DNA of 64,000 nt. It comes from a virus. The position numbers were made by a program, and so were the translations under genes. The stretch covers positions 24,896-88,895 of IMG/VR virus record IMGVR_UViG_3300029951_000013. One strand, 5' to 3'. This document shows, piece by piece, positions 46,589-55,851 of this stretch. Numbering within the stretch: position 1 is the first letter of the stretch; the number at the start of each line of letters is the position of its first letter. The notes under the pieces are model-generated. The model was not told the DNA's origin. It saw only the letters and a list, made by a program, of their open reading frames with translations, and ran no database searches.

Positions 46589-46837
46589 TCAACCGTCCTG
46601 CCCGTCCCCGGTGTACTTGTCCTCCAGCAGCTCGGGCAGCCAGCGCGCCGCGTCATCGCTGTCCTCCCAGCAGTCGTCCGCATAGCGGTCCGTGCCGTAA
46701 ACCCGGTCGAGCTGCGCCGTCAAGAACTCCGGGCCGTACGGCTCCAGCCCTGCCGAGTCCGGCGCGTAGCCGCCCAGGTCCGCCTCCGGTAGCGGCAGGC
46801 CGTAGCCGTACGACTCGCGGTACGCCTGCACAGACAT
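46589..46837 (-). CDS. Acidic hypothetical protein (start uncertain)
   Basis: C-terminal part of track ORF 46589..47044. Confidence 0.5.
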   Translation of the reverse strand: MSVQAYRESYGYGLPLPEADLGGYAPDSAGLEPYGPEFLTAQLDRVYGTDRYADDCWEDSDDAARWLPELLEDKYTGDGQDG

Positions 46838-46941
46838 CGGGCGGAGGTAGCCGTAGTATCTGACCTCCAGGTCAGCCGACGACTGACGGCGTACCGGAGC
46901 GCGTCCAGCCGGTCGAGGGCGCTCCGGCTCCACTCCGCTGC

Positions 46942-47115
46942 TCACATCCAGTCCTCTCGAGTGGCCTCGGCCGTCGTCCAGGGCACCAGCACCCCTGCGG
47001 CGGCGAAGAGGAAGAACACCTGGGCCGACCAGGGGCTGGTGCACCCCATCCAGGCGAAGAGGCCCAGACAGGCCGTGCTGGCCGCACGCATGTACCAGAG
47101 CAGTGCCGTCTTCAT
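46942..47115 (-). CDS. Small two-TM membrane protein
   Basis: GGAGG RBS; MKTALLWY. Confidence 0.6.
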   Translation of the reverse strand: MKTALLWYMRAASTACLGLFAWMGCTSPWSAQVFFLFAAAGVLVPWTTAEATREDWM

Positions 47116-47140
47116 GGTCGAGTCCTCCCGATCGTCATTT

Positions 47141-47344
47141 CTACCGGTCATCTTTCTTTTCGTCACGTGACGAATTTGAAGCCGCCTCAAGAGCCGAGGC
47201 GATTCGCTCCTGCTCCCGGCGGCCCTCGTAGGCGCGCTGGCGGCAGTTCCGGCCGCAGTAGATGGCCCGGCGGCCGATGGTCTTGGGGCGGAAGGCGGTG
47301 CCGCACCAGGCGCACCGCCGGACCTCGTCTGGTTGGTCGGTCAT
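47141..47344 (-). CDS. Small zinc-finger protein
   Basis: CAWC..YCGRNCRQRAY; TACCGT 7 nt before ATG. Confidence 0.7.
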   Translation of the reverse strand: MTDQPDEVRRCAWCGTAFRPKTIGRRAIYCGRNCRQRAYEGRREQERIASALEAASNSSRDEKKDDR

Positions 47345-47367
47345 GCCGACGACGGTAGTCGGCGCGG

Positions 47368-47730
47368 TCAGTCCTTGTAGGCCAAGGCACCGAGTCCGCT
47401 GTGCGCCCGGTCCAGGCTGCGGTACAGGGCGTCTGCCGCCCGGGCGGCGTCGGCCAGTCCGGCCAGGGACTCGGCTACACGCCGGTTGAGACTCCCCCGG
47501 TCGCTGCTGAGATGCCCGCCTTCGGCCAGTCCGGACAGGAACAGGCTGATCTGGTCGAGGCACTGCGGCAGGCTGCTGGCCACCTGCTTGAGGTTGGCGA
47601 CGGTGTCGTAGGCGTCACAGGGCGTCCGCAGTTCATCCTTGCCGGACTGGGTGGCATGTGCCAGACCCCGGATCGCGTCACCGGCGATGGAGGCCAGTTC
47701 GGCCGGGGTCGAAGTCGTCTCGTTCGTCAT
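47368..47730 (-). CDS. Hypothetical helical protein
   Basis: ATGA overlap with the RuvC-like stop. Confidence 0.65.
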   Translation of the reverse strand: MTNETTSTPAELASIAGDAIRGLAHATQSGKDELRTPCDAYDTVANLKQVASSLPQCLDQISLFLSGLAEGGHLSSDRGSLNRRVAESLAGLADAARAADALYRSLDRAHSGLGALAYKD

Positions 47731-48248
47731 GCCGCCGATCCTCCCGCAGTCGGCCGGAGCCCCGCAGGCCACTGGAACTTCCCGAGGTAGGCCCGCTGGG
47801 CCGCAGGCAGGGTGAACTCCGCTGCGCCGTAGTGGTCCAGGCCCGCGTGCCGCAGCCACCAGGCGTCGCACTCGTCATCGGTGGGGAACTCCAGTGAGGC
47901 CCGTTTGAGGGCGGCCACGGCCAGCTGTGACTTGGTCGCGTTTCCCTTGGCGACCGCGTAGGACTTGAGCGCCGCCGGGAGACAGAGAGCGTAGGGAACT
48001 CCCATGTCCAGCAGCTGGGAACGGACCGCCCCGTGCACCATCGCGAGGGACTTGGTCGAGAACGAGGTCTTGGGCACGTCCTCGATCACCGCCAAGTCCG
48101 CGCCCAGAGCCACGGCCGCCACCGCGTTTCTGATCTGGCAGAGCCGGGTGTCGCCGTCCCGGTCCCGGGTCTTGACGGCGAACGTGGTCCCGTCGGCCCG
48201 GGCCACTCCGGTCTGGGCCACGCTGAGGTCGAGTCCTATGACACGCAT
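47727..48248 (-). CDS. RuvC-like Holliday junction resolvase
   Basis: VIGLDLS..TG, AVIED, KGNATK, DDECDA. Confidence 0.88.
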   Translation of the reverse strand: MRVIGLDLSVAQTGVARADGTTFAVKTRDRDGDTRLCQIRNAVAAVALGADLAVIEDVPKTSFSTKSLAMVHGAVRSQLLDMGVPYALCLPAALKSYAVAKGNATKSQLAVAALKRASLEFPTDDECDAWWLRHAGLDHYGAAEFTLPAAQRAYLGKFQWPAGLRPTAGGSAA

Positions 48249-48280
48249 CTGCTGGTCTCCTTGGTCGGTGGTCGAAAAGC

Positions 48281-50116
48281 TCATTTGGCGTAGCAGGCAG
48301 CCCAGTCGGTGCCCGGCTTGCTCGCGCCACAGGTGATCGGCACGTCGTTCCAGGTGAAGGTCATCGCCTTCACGATCTCGTGCGACGCTTCCTCGGCATC
48401 CCCCTGCGGGATGTCGAACACGATCTCGTCGTGGACAACGCCCCGCAGCCATCCGGTGGCCTCCGGAATCCGGTCCACGACTGTCAGGAGGCCGGTGCAG
48501 AGGAGATCGCGCGCGCCCCCCTGCCCCATGAGGGCGGGTGCCTGGGTGTACGCCTTGGCACGGTCGCAGCGCATGAGTCGGCCGAAGCCGTTGTCCAGCA
48601 TCTCGCCGTCCCGGGCACGGTCACGGACATCACTGCGCCAGGACATCAGCTTCGGGAACTGCTCGGACATGGCCGCGTCGAACTGCTGGGCCAACTCCAT
48701 CTGAACGCCCTGGTTGGCGATCCCCTTGACGCCCATGCCGTAGTTCCAGCCGTGCCCGATTCTCTTGGCGTACTCGCGCCACTCCCCGTCATGACGTCCG
48801 AACACCCGGTCGGCGATCATGGAGTGCGCGTCCTCGCCGGGAGCGAACAGGGCCATGTAGGCGGGGTCCTGGCAGTGTCCGGCGATGGCGCGCATGTCGA
48901 CCTGGTCCATGTCGAACGCCATCAGGACGTTCCCCGGGTCCGGGACGAAGACAGCACGTTGGACCACCTTGCCGCCGCGCTTGCCCAGGTTGGTGGTCGA
49001 GGGCTTGACCATGGCCCACCGGCCGGAGGCCTGGTCGGTGGCGTTCCCCTCGTCCTCGCTGCCGATCCGCGCGTGGACCCGGTCGCCGACCAGGTGTTTG
49101 GCGATCTCGGCGTACTTCCCGGTGGTGCCGGTCACCCGGACCACGTGCTCGCAGATCTCCCGTACCGCGCTGTTGCCCCCATAGGCCCGGGGGTTGAGCA
49201 TCCCCGGGTGGAGCTTCCCCTCCGCACCCTTGCCGACCATGTAGCTTCCCTCGCCCAGAGCATCCGAGGACAGCGCCATGACTCCGGACTGCGTCCGGGG
49301 GACGTACGGTGCGCCGGCCCGCTTGAAAGCAGCCTCCAGGGCCTCCCGGCCGGGGCCCGACGACAGCGGCGACTTCCGCAGTTCCTCGTAGGCGACCTTC
49401 GCCGCACCCCGTCCCCGGTACTTCGTCTCGGTGAGCGGTACCCCGCAGTTGGCCGCGAGCCAGTCCAAGGACCCCTGCCGGGCGATTTCGTCCGCCTCTA
49501 TGCGCCGCTCCAGCTCCGGGACGTCGATGCGCCAGCCGTTGAGGGTCATCCGGTTCTGGAGGTGGGCGATCCGCATCTCCCGGCGGACGTAGTCCGGGAG
49601 GTCATCGCATCCGAGGGCCTGGTGGACCCCACGCAGGGCGAACAGGTCCCCGCGCAGGTACGAGACGTAGTCCGGGTCGTCCACCGGGATGCGGTCGTAC
49701 CCGCCGAACCGGGCGGCCAGTCCGGCCAGGTCATCGGTCTTGCCGGGTACGCCGAGCCGGGCGGCCAGCGAGTTCATGGAGTAGTACCCCTTCTCGCTCC
49801 AGGGCTTCTGGTGCTTGGAGCCGGGGGGGTCGTAGATCTGCGCCACCCGCATGGGGTCGACCATCTTCCGGGCCAGGGCGTCGTAGTCCGCCCCGCAGTA
49901 CCTCGCGATGGCGATCAGATCGAAAGCGAATCCGTTGTAGGCCGAGATCAAATCTGCGCGTTCCAGGACCGCCCGCAGCTTGGCAGGGTCCGCAGTGACG
50001 CCGGTGGTGTCACTGTCGTCGCGCAGCGCCCCGCAGATCCGGACGTATCCAGGGCCGTAGGTGAACAGGTCGGCGGCCGAGCCGGTCTCCAGGTCGAAGT
50101 ACACGGTGCCTGGCAT
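48281..50116 (-). CDS. polA: Family A DNA polymerase with 3'-5' exonuclease domain
   Basis: FDLET, YNGFAFD, YLRGD; motifs DMDQVDMR, AKRIGHGWNYG, VHDE; TGATG start 50116. Confidence 0.93.
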   Translation of the reverse strand: MPGTVYFDLETGSAADLFTYGPGYVRICGALRDDSDTTGVTADPAKLRAVLERADLISAYNGFAFDLIAIARYCGADYDALARKMVDPMRVAQIYDPPGSKHQKPWSEKGYYSMNSLAARLGVPGKTDDLAGLAARFGGYDRIPVDDPDYVSYLRGDLFALRGVHQALGCDDLPDYVRREMRIAHLQNRMTLNGWRIDVPELERRIEADEIARQGSLDWLAANCGVPLTETKYRGRGAAKVAYEELRKSPLSSGPGREALEAAFKRAGAPYVPRTQSGVMALSSDALGEGSYMVGKGAEGKLHPGMLNPRAYGGNSAVREICEHVVRVTGTTGKYAEIAKHLVGDRVHARIGSEDEGNATDQASGRWAMVKPSTTNLGKRGGKVVQRAVFVPDPGNVLMAFDMDQVDMRAIAGHCQDPAYMALFAPGEDAHSMIADRVFGRHDGEWREYAKRIGHGWNYGMGVKGIANQGVQMELAQQFDAAMSEQFPKLMSWRSDVRDRARDGEMLDNGFGRLMRCDRAKAYTQAPALMGQGGARDLLCTGLLTVVDRIPEATGWLRGVVHDEIVFDIPQGDAEEASHEIVKAMTFTWNDVPITCGASKPGTDWAACYAK

Positions 50117-50373
50117 CAGGCACCGTCCGCGGCGAACCAGTTGGCGGCGCCGGCCCTGTTCTCGTCCTGGCTGCGGTGGCCGGTGGGGGCGGAGGTGCAC
50201 CGGACGAGGCCCTGTGCCTCCAGTGCGGCCAGGGCGAGGTAGGCGGCTCCGGGGAACGCCTTGGGCGGGTAGCCGAGCCGGTTGCGGACGGCTCCGGCGG
50301 TCAGCCCGCCGGGCTCGGAGCGGAGCAGCTCCAGGACGGCGGCCGTGCGTGCGGCCTTGTGGTCGGTGGTCAT
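50116..50373 (-). CDS. Small winged-helix-like protein
   Basis: TGATG overlaps; L..LEAQGLV. Confidence 0.6.
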   Translation of the reverse strand: MTTDHKAARTAAVLELLRSEPGGLTAGAVRNRLGYPPKAFPGAAYLALAALEAQGLVRCTSAPTGHRSQDENRAGAANWFAADGA

Positions 50374-52901
50374 CAGGACTCCCAGTCGAATCCGTCGTCG
50401 GGGTCGGTCGGTTCTGCCGCCGGGGCGGCGGAGGGGTTCGGTTCGGGCAGCGGGTCCGGGGGAGCAGGCAGGGCGTCCGCCTCACACTCGGTAGTCGCCG
50501 GAAGAGGGCCGAAGAGGAAGGCGAGCGCGTCAGCGTCGGACACAGCCCGGGGCTTCGGAGGCACCGGACCGCCATCGGGTGTGGGAAGTGTGGGCTGGGG
50601 GCCACCACTCAAGAACTTTACGGCCGCATCGTCGGCCGCCGTCCGGCTTCCCGGAACGGGGTGTGGAACGGTGTGGGTAGTGTGGGCAGTCAGACCATTC
50701 CTGCCATAGGCCGACTGACTCACACCCTTAATGATCTCTTTCTCAGAGCCAACGTATGGTAGGGATGTCCCAGAACCCACACTACCCACACTCTGGGACA
50801 CCTCCGTGTCCTGGTTAGGCTGGATTTTCACCGGTTCGCGGTCTTCCCCGGTGTGGGTTGTCACGTTGACCCCGAGATTCTTGCTCCGGTGCCTGAGTCG
50901 GACCTCGCCCACACCGGGGATCGTCCGGAGCCGTTCGGCGAACTTCGGCCTGGACATGGGGTCAGCCCCACCGTCGTCCTTCACCCACGCTTGGAAGGCC
51001 TTGTACAGAACCGACAGGCCTTCTCCGTGCTCCGCCCCCACCAGCTGCCCGGCGACGTCCGGGTGGATGTCACACCGAGTGGCGACCCAACGCGCTACCC
51101 GGTCGCTCTTGGTCTCGAACTCCTCGGCTACGTCCGGGGCGGTCGGCAGGTAGGTGCCGCGCTCGTTGAAGGCCCGCCAGGCGGCTACCCAGCGACAGAG
51201 GATCCCCGGCAGCTCCTGGAGCATCGCCGCCTCGATCGTAGGGTCCTCACGCCCTGCGAAGGTCTTCCCGAACCGGTAGGGCTTGATCCGGTTGACGTAG
51301 GCCCGGGAGGTCTCGCTGACGGTCGGCAGCTCGTTGGCGGCGAAGACGAACAGGGCCTGGTTGGTGAACCGGAACGGCAGGCCGTACTTGCGGTCCGCCT
51401 CGATCAGGTCCTCGCCGGTCAGCATCTTGAAGAGCGAGATGTCGCTGACGTGCGCGGCCGACAGGTCACCGGAGACGTTGACCATCTTCTGGTACACGGC
51501 CGAGGACATGAACTTGTTGTCGGACAGCTGGAGCAGGCTGACCCCGCTCACATTCCCCTTTCCCGCTATGGCCTCGATCAGCCGCAGGAAGGTCCCCTTG
51601 CCCGACCGCGACGGCCCGAAGGCGAACAGGGCACGGCTCGGCGTCCTGGAGGGGTCGAGCATGGTCGAGGCCACCTCCTCCAGGGAGGTGTACTGGTTGG
51701 GGATGACCTGCCGGAGCCAGTCCTCGTAGACAGGGCACTGCGCGTCCGGTGTCCAGGCGATCGGGATCTGGAGTGCGCTCAGGTACTTGGGGCTGTGCTC
51801 CAGGAGTTCGCCGGTCTCCAGGTCGAGCATGCCGTTGGCGCAGTTGAGCAGCGGCCGGGGCTGCCGGTCGGGCAGCCGCATGCCGCGTTCGGCCAGTTCG
51901 CCGACCAGGTACTCCTCGATCGTGGCGCGCCAGTTGGGCCGGAAGTCCTCGCCCAGCATGGTCTTGACCCGGGCGATGAGCGGTTCCCGACCGCGCTCCA
52001 TCCGGAAGGCCCCGCCGCGGTACAGCGAGATCATGGACCCGCTGGCCAGGGCGGCCGGCTGGTCCTCCAGGACCGCCAGCGAGGCGGTGCGCGCCAGGAG
52101 CCCCTTGTCCGTGAAGTACGCCGACTCGGTCCGGCGCGACGGCGGGCGGCCCAGCTTGGTGACGGCTGCCTCGGCAATGCGCTGGATGTAGGACTCGCGC
52201 CGCTCGGGTGCCCGGCGTCCGAGGACGTCGTCCAGGCCCTCGCGCGCCTTGGCCCCGGCCAGCTTGGCGAACACGATCTCGTCCGCCCCCTCGGCCTCCA
52301 GCGCCTCCTTGAACGCCACCGCGGCGTCGTGGACGTTCCGGTTGGTCGCCACGTCGGCGTCGAACAGGACGACGACCCGGCGCCCCTCGGCCCAGGACAG
52401 GTCGGTGCCGATCCAGGAGTTGCAGCCGGGCACGGCGACCACGCCCCAGGCGGCAGGGGCCCACACGGCGGCGGCCAGTCCCTGCTTGGTGCCTTCCACG
52501 AAGAGGTACGGTGCGCTGTCCTCAGCGGGTGCGCGCAGGTGGGACAGAAAGGACCCGCAGCCCTTCGGCAGGATGTACTTGTGGGCCTCGCCCGCCTCGT
52601 CTACGACCGGGACGTCGGGCCGGAACTGGACGACGGTGCGGTCCAGGTCGCGCCACTCGAAGAGCATGCCCGGGCCGCGGCCGGGACCGGTGATCCAGTA
52701 CCTGGCGATCTCCTCAGGGACGTGCTCGGGCAGCCGGACGGCCCGTACGCCGAAGCGCACGGCCTGCTCGGGGGTCAGCGCGCCGGCGGCCAGGATCTCC
52801 AGGCTGTAGGGCGTGAACTCGTTGCCCAGGGCGTCCAGGACGCGCTGCCCGGCGTCGGGGACGTGGCCGTTGGACGAGGCGGGCGGTACCGCGGTCATCA
52901 T
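50373..52901 (-). CDS. DNA primase-helicase (Toprim-like domain plus P4/D5 SF3 helicase)
   Basis: FVEGTKQ, LFDAD, GLDD; NCANGMLDL, GPSRSGKGT, FKMLTGED, AANELP. Confidence 0.92.
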   Translation of the reverse strand: MMTAVPPASSNGHVPDAGQRVLDALGNEFTPYSLEILAAGALTPEQAVRFGVRAVRLPEHVPEEIARYWITGPGRGPGMLFEWRDLDRTVVQFRPDVPVVDEAGEAHKYILPKGCGSFLSHLRAPAEDSAPYLFVEGTKQGLAAAVWAPAAWGVVAVPGCNSWIGTDLSWAEGRRVVVLFDADVATNRNVHDAAVAFKEALEAEGADEIVFAKLAGAKAREGLDDVLGRRAPERRESYIQRIAEAAVTKLGRPPSRRTESAYFTDKGLLARTASLAVLEDQPAALASGSMISLYRGGAFRMERGREPLIARVKTMLGEDFRPNWRATIEEYLVGELAERGMRLPDRQPRPLLNCANGMLDLETGELLEHSPKYLSALQIPIAWTPDAQCPVYEDWLRQVIPNQYTSLEEVASTMLDPSRTPSRALFAFGPSRSGKGTFLRLIEAIAGKGNVSGVSLLQLSDNKFMSSAVYQKMVNVSGDLSAAHVSDISLFKMLTGEDLIEADRKYGLPFRFTNQALFVFAANELPTVSETSRAYVNRIKPYRFGKTFAGREDPTIEAAMLQELPGILCRWVAAWRAFNERGTYLPTAPDVAEEFETKSDRVARWVATRCDIHPDVAGQLVGAEHGEGLSVLYKAFQAWVKDDGGADPMSRPKFAERLRTIPGVGEVRLRHRSKNLGVNVTTHTGEDREPVKIQPNQDTEVSQSVGSVGSGTSLPYVGSEKEIIKGVSQSAYGRNGLTAHTTHTVPHPVPGSRTAADDAAVKFLSGGPQPTLPTPDGGPVPPKPRAVSDADALAFLFGPLPATTECEADALPAPPDPLPEPNPSAAPAAEPTDPDDGFDWES
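50579..50800. repeat. Iteron-like repeats, candidate replication origin inside the primase gene
   Basis: GTGTGGGAAGTGTGGG 50579-94, GTGTGGGTAGTGTGGG 50671-86, and its exact reverse complement 50776-91. Confidence 0.65.
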
Positions 52902-53197
52902 CGGCGGACCGCCCAGTCCCGGTCGGTGTGCATGACGGTGGCCGGGTGCAGGCCGCGCCGGGCGCACTCGGCGTCCAGGGCGTTGTGCGCGGCACTGGCC
53001 ATCGCTACGTACCAGTCGGAGGACGCCCGGGCTCCGGCGTCCTTGCGGGCCAAGTGCGTGCGGCCGGGGCACGGCTCGCCGACGGCCGGCCGGCAGATGC
53101 GGCACCGGACGTCCAGCAGGCCCGGCTGGGGGTGTTCCCGGCGGTAGGTCTGGAGAGCAGAGGCGTACACCGCGGCGGGTGTGGGGTCAGCGTGCAT
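52898..53197 (-). CDS. Small zinc-finger protein
   Basis: CRIC..C..H; GGAGGGG RBS; ATGA overlap. Confidence 0.65.
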   Translation of the reverse strand: MHADPTPAAVYASALQTYRREHPQPGLLDVRCRICRPAVGEPCPGRTHLARKDAGARASSDWYVAMASAAHNALDAECARRGLHPATVMHTDRDWAVRR

Positions 53198-53247
53198 GAG
53201 CGCCCCTCCGTTCGTGTCAGTGGTCGGTGTTCGGAAGGCTACGGGCG

Positions 53248-53835
53248 CTACGAAGCGCGCTGTCCTCCCTGTACGTGCGTGGCAGTCAGGTCTATCGGGG
53301 CGTCCGTGCCGGGCAGTTCAGGAGAGTGAGTCAACAGGGTCTCGACCTCTTCTACGGAGATACGGACGCGGTTCAGCCTGTCGTGGTACCGGGTCAGCCG
53401 TCCGTCGGCCAGCATGCGGTCTACAGAACGAATGTGAAGGCCCAACCGGGCAACGGCTTGCCGTCGAGACAGCCAGGGATACGTTGGACCGGGGAGAGGC
53501 TCCTCCTTGAGACGTTTGCCTCGGTGCATGCGCCAGGAATTGACCTGGGGTGTCACAGGCTCCAGGTGCCAGGGATTCCAGCAGCTGCGCACGTGGCACA
53601 GGTGATCGAGGTACAGCTCCGCCGGATAGTCGCCTCTGTGGAAGAGGTAGGAGGTCGTGTGCGCGGACCGGGTAACGGCACGACCATCCAAAATGATCTG
53701 ACTGGTCATGTAGTTCCCACGCTGGCCATTGCGGGCGACCCAGCACCCCGAGGTGAGGCCTCGGGTCAGGCAGGGGACCTCAATGGACCTCTGCTCCAAG
53801 CTGGCGATCCTCTCCGAGAGAAGATCCGTCGTCAT
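53248..53835 (-). CDS. HNH endonuclease fused to excisionase-like HTH
   Basis: CW, AH..SY, LDHLCHVRSCWNPWHLEPVT..N; WLSRRQAVARLGLHIRSVDR. Confidence 0.85.
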   Translation of the reverse strand: MTTDLLSERIASLEQRSIEVPCLTRGLTSGCWVARNGQRGNYMTSQIILDGRAVTRSAHTTSYLFHRGDYPAELYLDHLCHVRSCWNPWHLEPVTPQVNSWRMHRGKRLKEEPLPGPTYPWLSRRQAVARLGLHIRSVDRMLADGRLTRYHDRLNRVRISVEEVETLLTHSPELPGTDAPIDLTATHVQGGQRAS

Positions 53836-54023
53836 GCCTGAACCTCTGGCTCCGGCGGCTTTATCAGGAATGCGCCGACTTCTTGAGCACTCAGGCAGGG
53901 GCGTCCGCGATTGTCGCGGTAGGTGGTGAGCAGACCGCGCTTACGCCAGCCGTCCACGGTCCGCACGTGGACGCCCGCCTTGACGGCAACCTGCTTTCGA
54001 GTGAGAAACGTGTCTGGTTGCAT
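53832..54023 (-). CDS. MerR/Xis-like HTH DNA-binding protein
   Basis: LTRKQVAVKAGVHVRTVDGWRKRGLL. Confidence 0.8.
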   Translation of the reverse strand: MQPDTFLTRKQVAVKAGVHVRTVDGWRKRGLLTTYRDNRGRPCLSAQEVGAFLIKPPEPEVQA

Positions 54024-54088
54024 GACTCCCACACTATCACTCGCTTTCTCTTATTTACAGCTTCGCGCACTGCGTCTATCGTGGAGCC
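54024..54088. promoter_or_regulatory. Divergent promoter region with two leaderless-type -10 boxes
   Basis: Minus TAGTGT-7-ATG; plus TATCGT-6-ATG; AT-rich core; strand switch point. Confidence 0.65.
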
Positions 54089-54784
54089 ATGACCACAGAC
54101 CAGAAGCCCGACAAGAGTGCTGACGGCATGTCAGCCGAGGACCTCGTCCTGCGGCTGCTGACCGGCAGCGGCCAGCTGACCCCGGAGGACGCGCAGCGCC
54201 TCCTCACCGGGCTCCGCGCCGACTGGACCGGCCACGGTACTCCCGCCCTGGCCGTCCGCGAAGGAGAAGCGGACGTCCTCCAGCTGCCGGTGAGCCGCGG
54301 CGACCTGCGCGAGCTGGCCGCAGTCCTGACGGCCGAGCGCTACCGCCTCGACAGGGGCGACGACAGCCCGGTGCCGCAGCCGCGCTGGGCCGCGAACGTC
54401 CGGATCTCCCAGGCGGTCTATTCGGCGCTGGCTTCCAGCACCGGCACGCAGAAAGAGGCAGTACAGGGGGGCGCCCGCAGGGCTCTGGCCCGCATGCTGA
54501 CGCCGGGCCTCGGCGTGATGAGCGACCGGGAGGAGGAGGAACTCCTCGACGCCTACCGGGCTGAAGTGCTGCACGAAGCTCCCGGATCGGAGCCGGCCCG
54601 GCCGGGCTCCGACTACTCCGCCGTGTACCTGGACCAGCACGACAGGATCTGGTCCGACTACCCGGTGCTGCCGCCGAGCGACCTCGTACTGCCCATGGTC
54701 TGGGCGGACGAGCAGGCGCGGTCCAAGGCTGATCTCGTGGACGCCGGCACCGAGCTGCGGATCATCGGCTGGGTCGCCCCGTGA
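54089..54784 (+). CDS. Hypothetical early protein
   Basis: 231 aa, LLDAYRAEVL segment. Confidence 0.75.
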   Translation: MTTDQKPDKSADGMSAEDLVLRLLTGSGQLTPEDAQRLLTGLRADWTGHGTPALAVREGEADVLQLPVSRGDLRELAAVLTAERYRLDRGDDSPVPQPRWAANVRISQAVYSALASSTGTQKEAVQGGARRALARMLTPGLGVMSDREEEELLDAYRAEVLHEAPGSEPARPGSDYSAVYLDQHDRIWSDYPVLPPSDLVLPMVWADEQARSKADLVDAGTELRIIGWVAP

Positions 54785-54981
54785 CCACCGTCCACGAGCT
54801 GGCAGTGGAGCTGGACTGCCGTCCGGACGCCGTCCTCGAAGAGGTCTTCGGGCTGTGCGTCGCCCACCGGGAGGCAGCAGTGATCGTCGCCGGCGACCTG
54901 TGCGTGGCCCTCGGCCAGGACACGGAGCTGACTGCTTTCGGGGCAGCCCGGGTGCGCAGCCGGCTGGGAGCCTCCCGGTGA
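54781..54981 (+). CDS. Small HTH-like protein (paralog 1)
   Basis: TVHELAVELD..LTAFGA. Confidence 0.6.
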   Translation: MTTVHELAVELDCRPDAVLEEVFGLCVAHREAAVIVAGDLCVALGQDTELTAFGAARVRSRLGASR

Positions 54982-55193
54982 CCGCCGGCCAGCCGGGCGA
55001 GACCACGGTCTCCGACCTGGCGCAGGAGTTCGACGTCGCTGATACCCGGGAGGTCGCCGTCCAGGTGGCCGGCCTGTGTACCGCCTACGGCGCCAAGCGC
55101 ATCGTCGCCCGCGACGGAGGACTGAACGACATGGTCCTGACCGCCTGGGGCGCCTCGCTGGTCCGCCGCCGACTGACCGAAAGGGCGTACTGA
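54978..55193 (+). CDS. Small HTH-like protein (paralog 2)
   Basis: TVSDLAQEFD..LTAWGA; GTGA overlap. Confidence 0.6.
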   Translation: MTAGQPGETTVSDLAQEFDVADTREVAVQVAGLCTAYGAKRIVARDGGLNDMVLTAWGASLVRRRLTERAY

Positions 55194-55195
55194 GC

Positions 55196-55645
55196 ATGAG
55201 CAAGACCAAGAAGCCGAAGATCACACTGGGGGAACTGGCGACCGAGTTCGGCATCCCAGTCGAGACCGCCGGATGGGTGCTGTTCCTGGTAGTGGGGAAC
55301 CAGTTGAGCGTTGAAGGGGCGAAGAACGTTCTGGTTCTGGACGGAGGACGACTGGCCTCGGATTGGAAACAGTGCCCGGACACCAGACTGACCTCTTCAG
55401 GCGCGAAGCTCATGCGCCGGATTCTGACTGAGACGACGGCACGCGGCGAGGCGTACACCGAAGCGCTCTACTACCTGCTCGAAAAAGGCGCGCCTCCCTA
55501 CGGATCCGTCGTCGTCCTTGCTTCCCTTGACATAGCTGTCCGCGCCGACCAGCGGGAGAAGGACGCCACGCTGGTCGAGTCGAGAGCGACAGGCCCGCAA
55601 GTCCTCCGACTGGCAGCCGACGTCCGAAACGGAGTCAAGCCGTGA
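55196..55645 (+). CDS. HTH-like protein (paralog 3) with RADQRE tail
   Basis: TLGELATEFG..LTSSGA; VRADQREKDA. Confidence 0.6.
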   Translation: MSKTKKPKITLGELATEFGIPVETAGWVLFLVVGNQLSVEGAKNVLVLDGGRLASDWKQCPDTRLTSSGAKLMRRILTETTARGEAYTEALYYLLEKGAPPYGSVVVLASLDIAVRADQREKDATLVESRATGPQVLRLAADVRNGVKP

Positions 55646-55851
55646 GCGACCTGGTGCGCGCCGTTCGCGAACAGATGCGCGCAAGCGGTGACCTGGCCCG
55701 GATCGACTTGGCGCTGATCGAGTTCGAGACAGAGATCCGCGCCGACCAGCGCGAGCGGGACGCCGTGTTGGCCGAGCGCATCGAACACCTCAAGGCCCCC
55801 GGTATCGGCCGGGTCATCGCAGGGATGATCCGAGAGGCAGGGGAGTCATGA
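55642..55851 (+). CDS. Hypothetical protein (RADQRE motif)
   Basis: GTGA overlap; IRADQRERDA. Confidence 0.6.
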   Translation: MSDLVRAVREQMRASGDLARIDLALIEFETEIRADQRERDAVLAERIEHLKAPGIGRVIAGMIREAGES

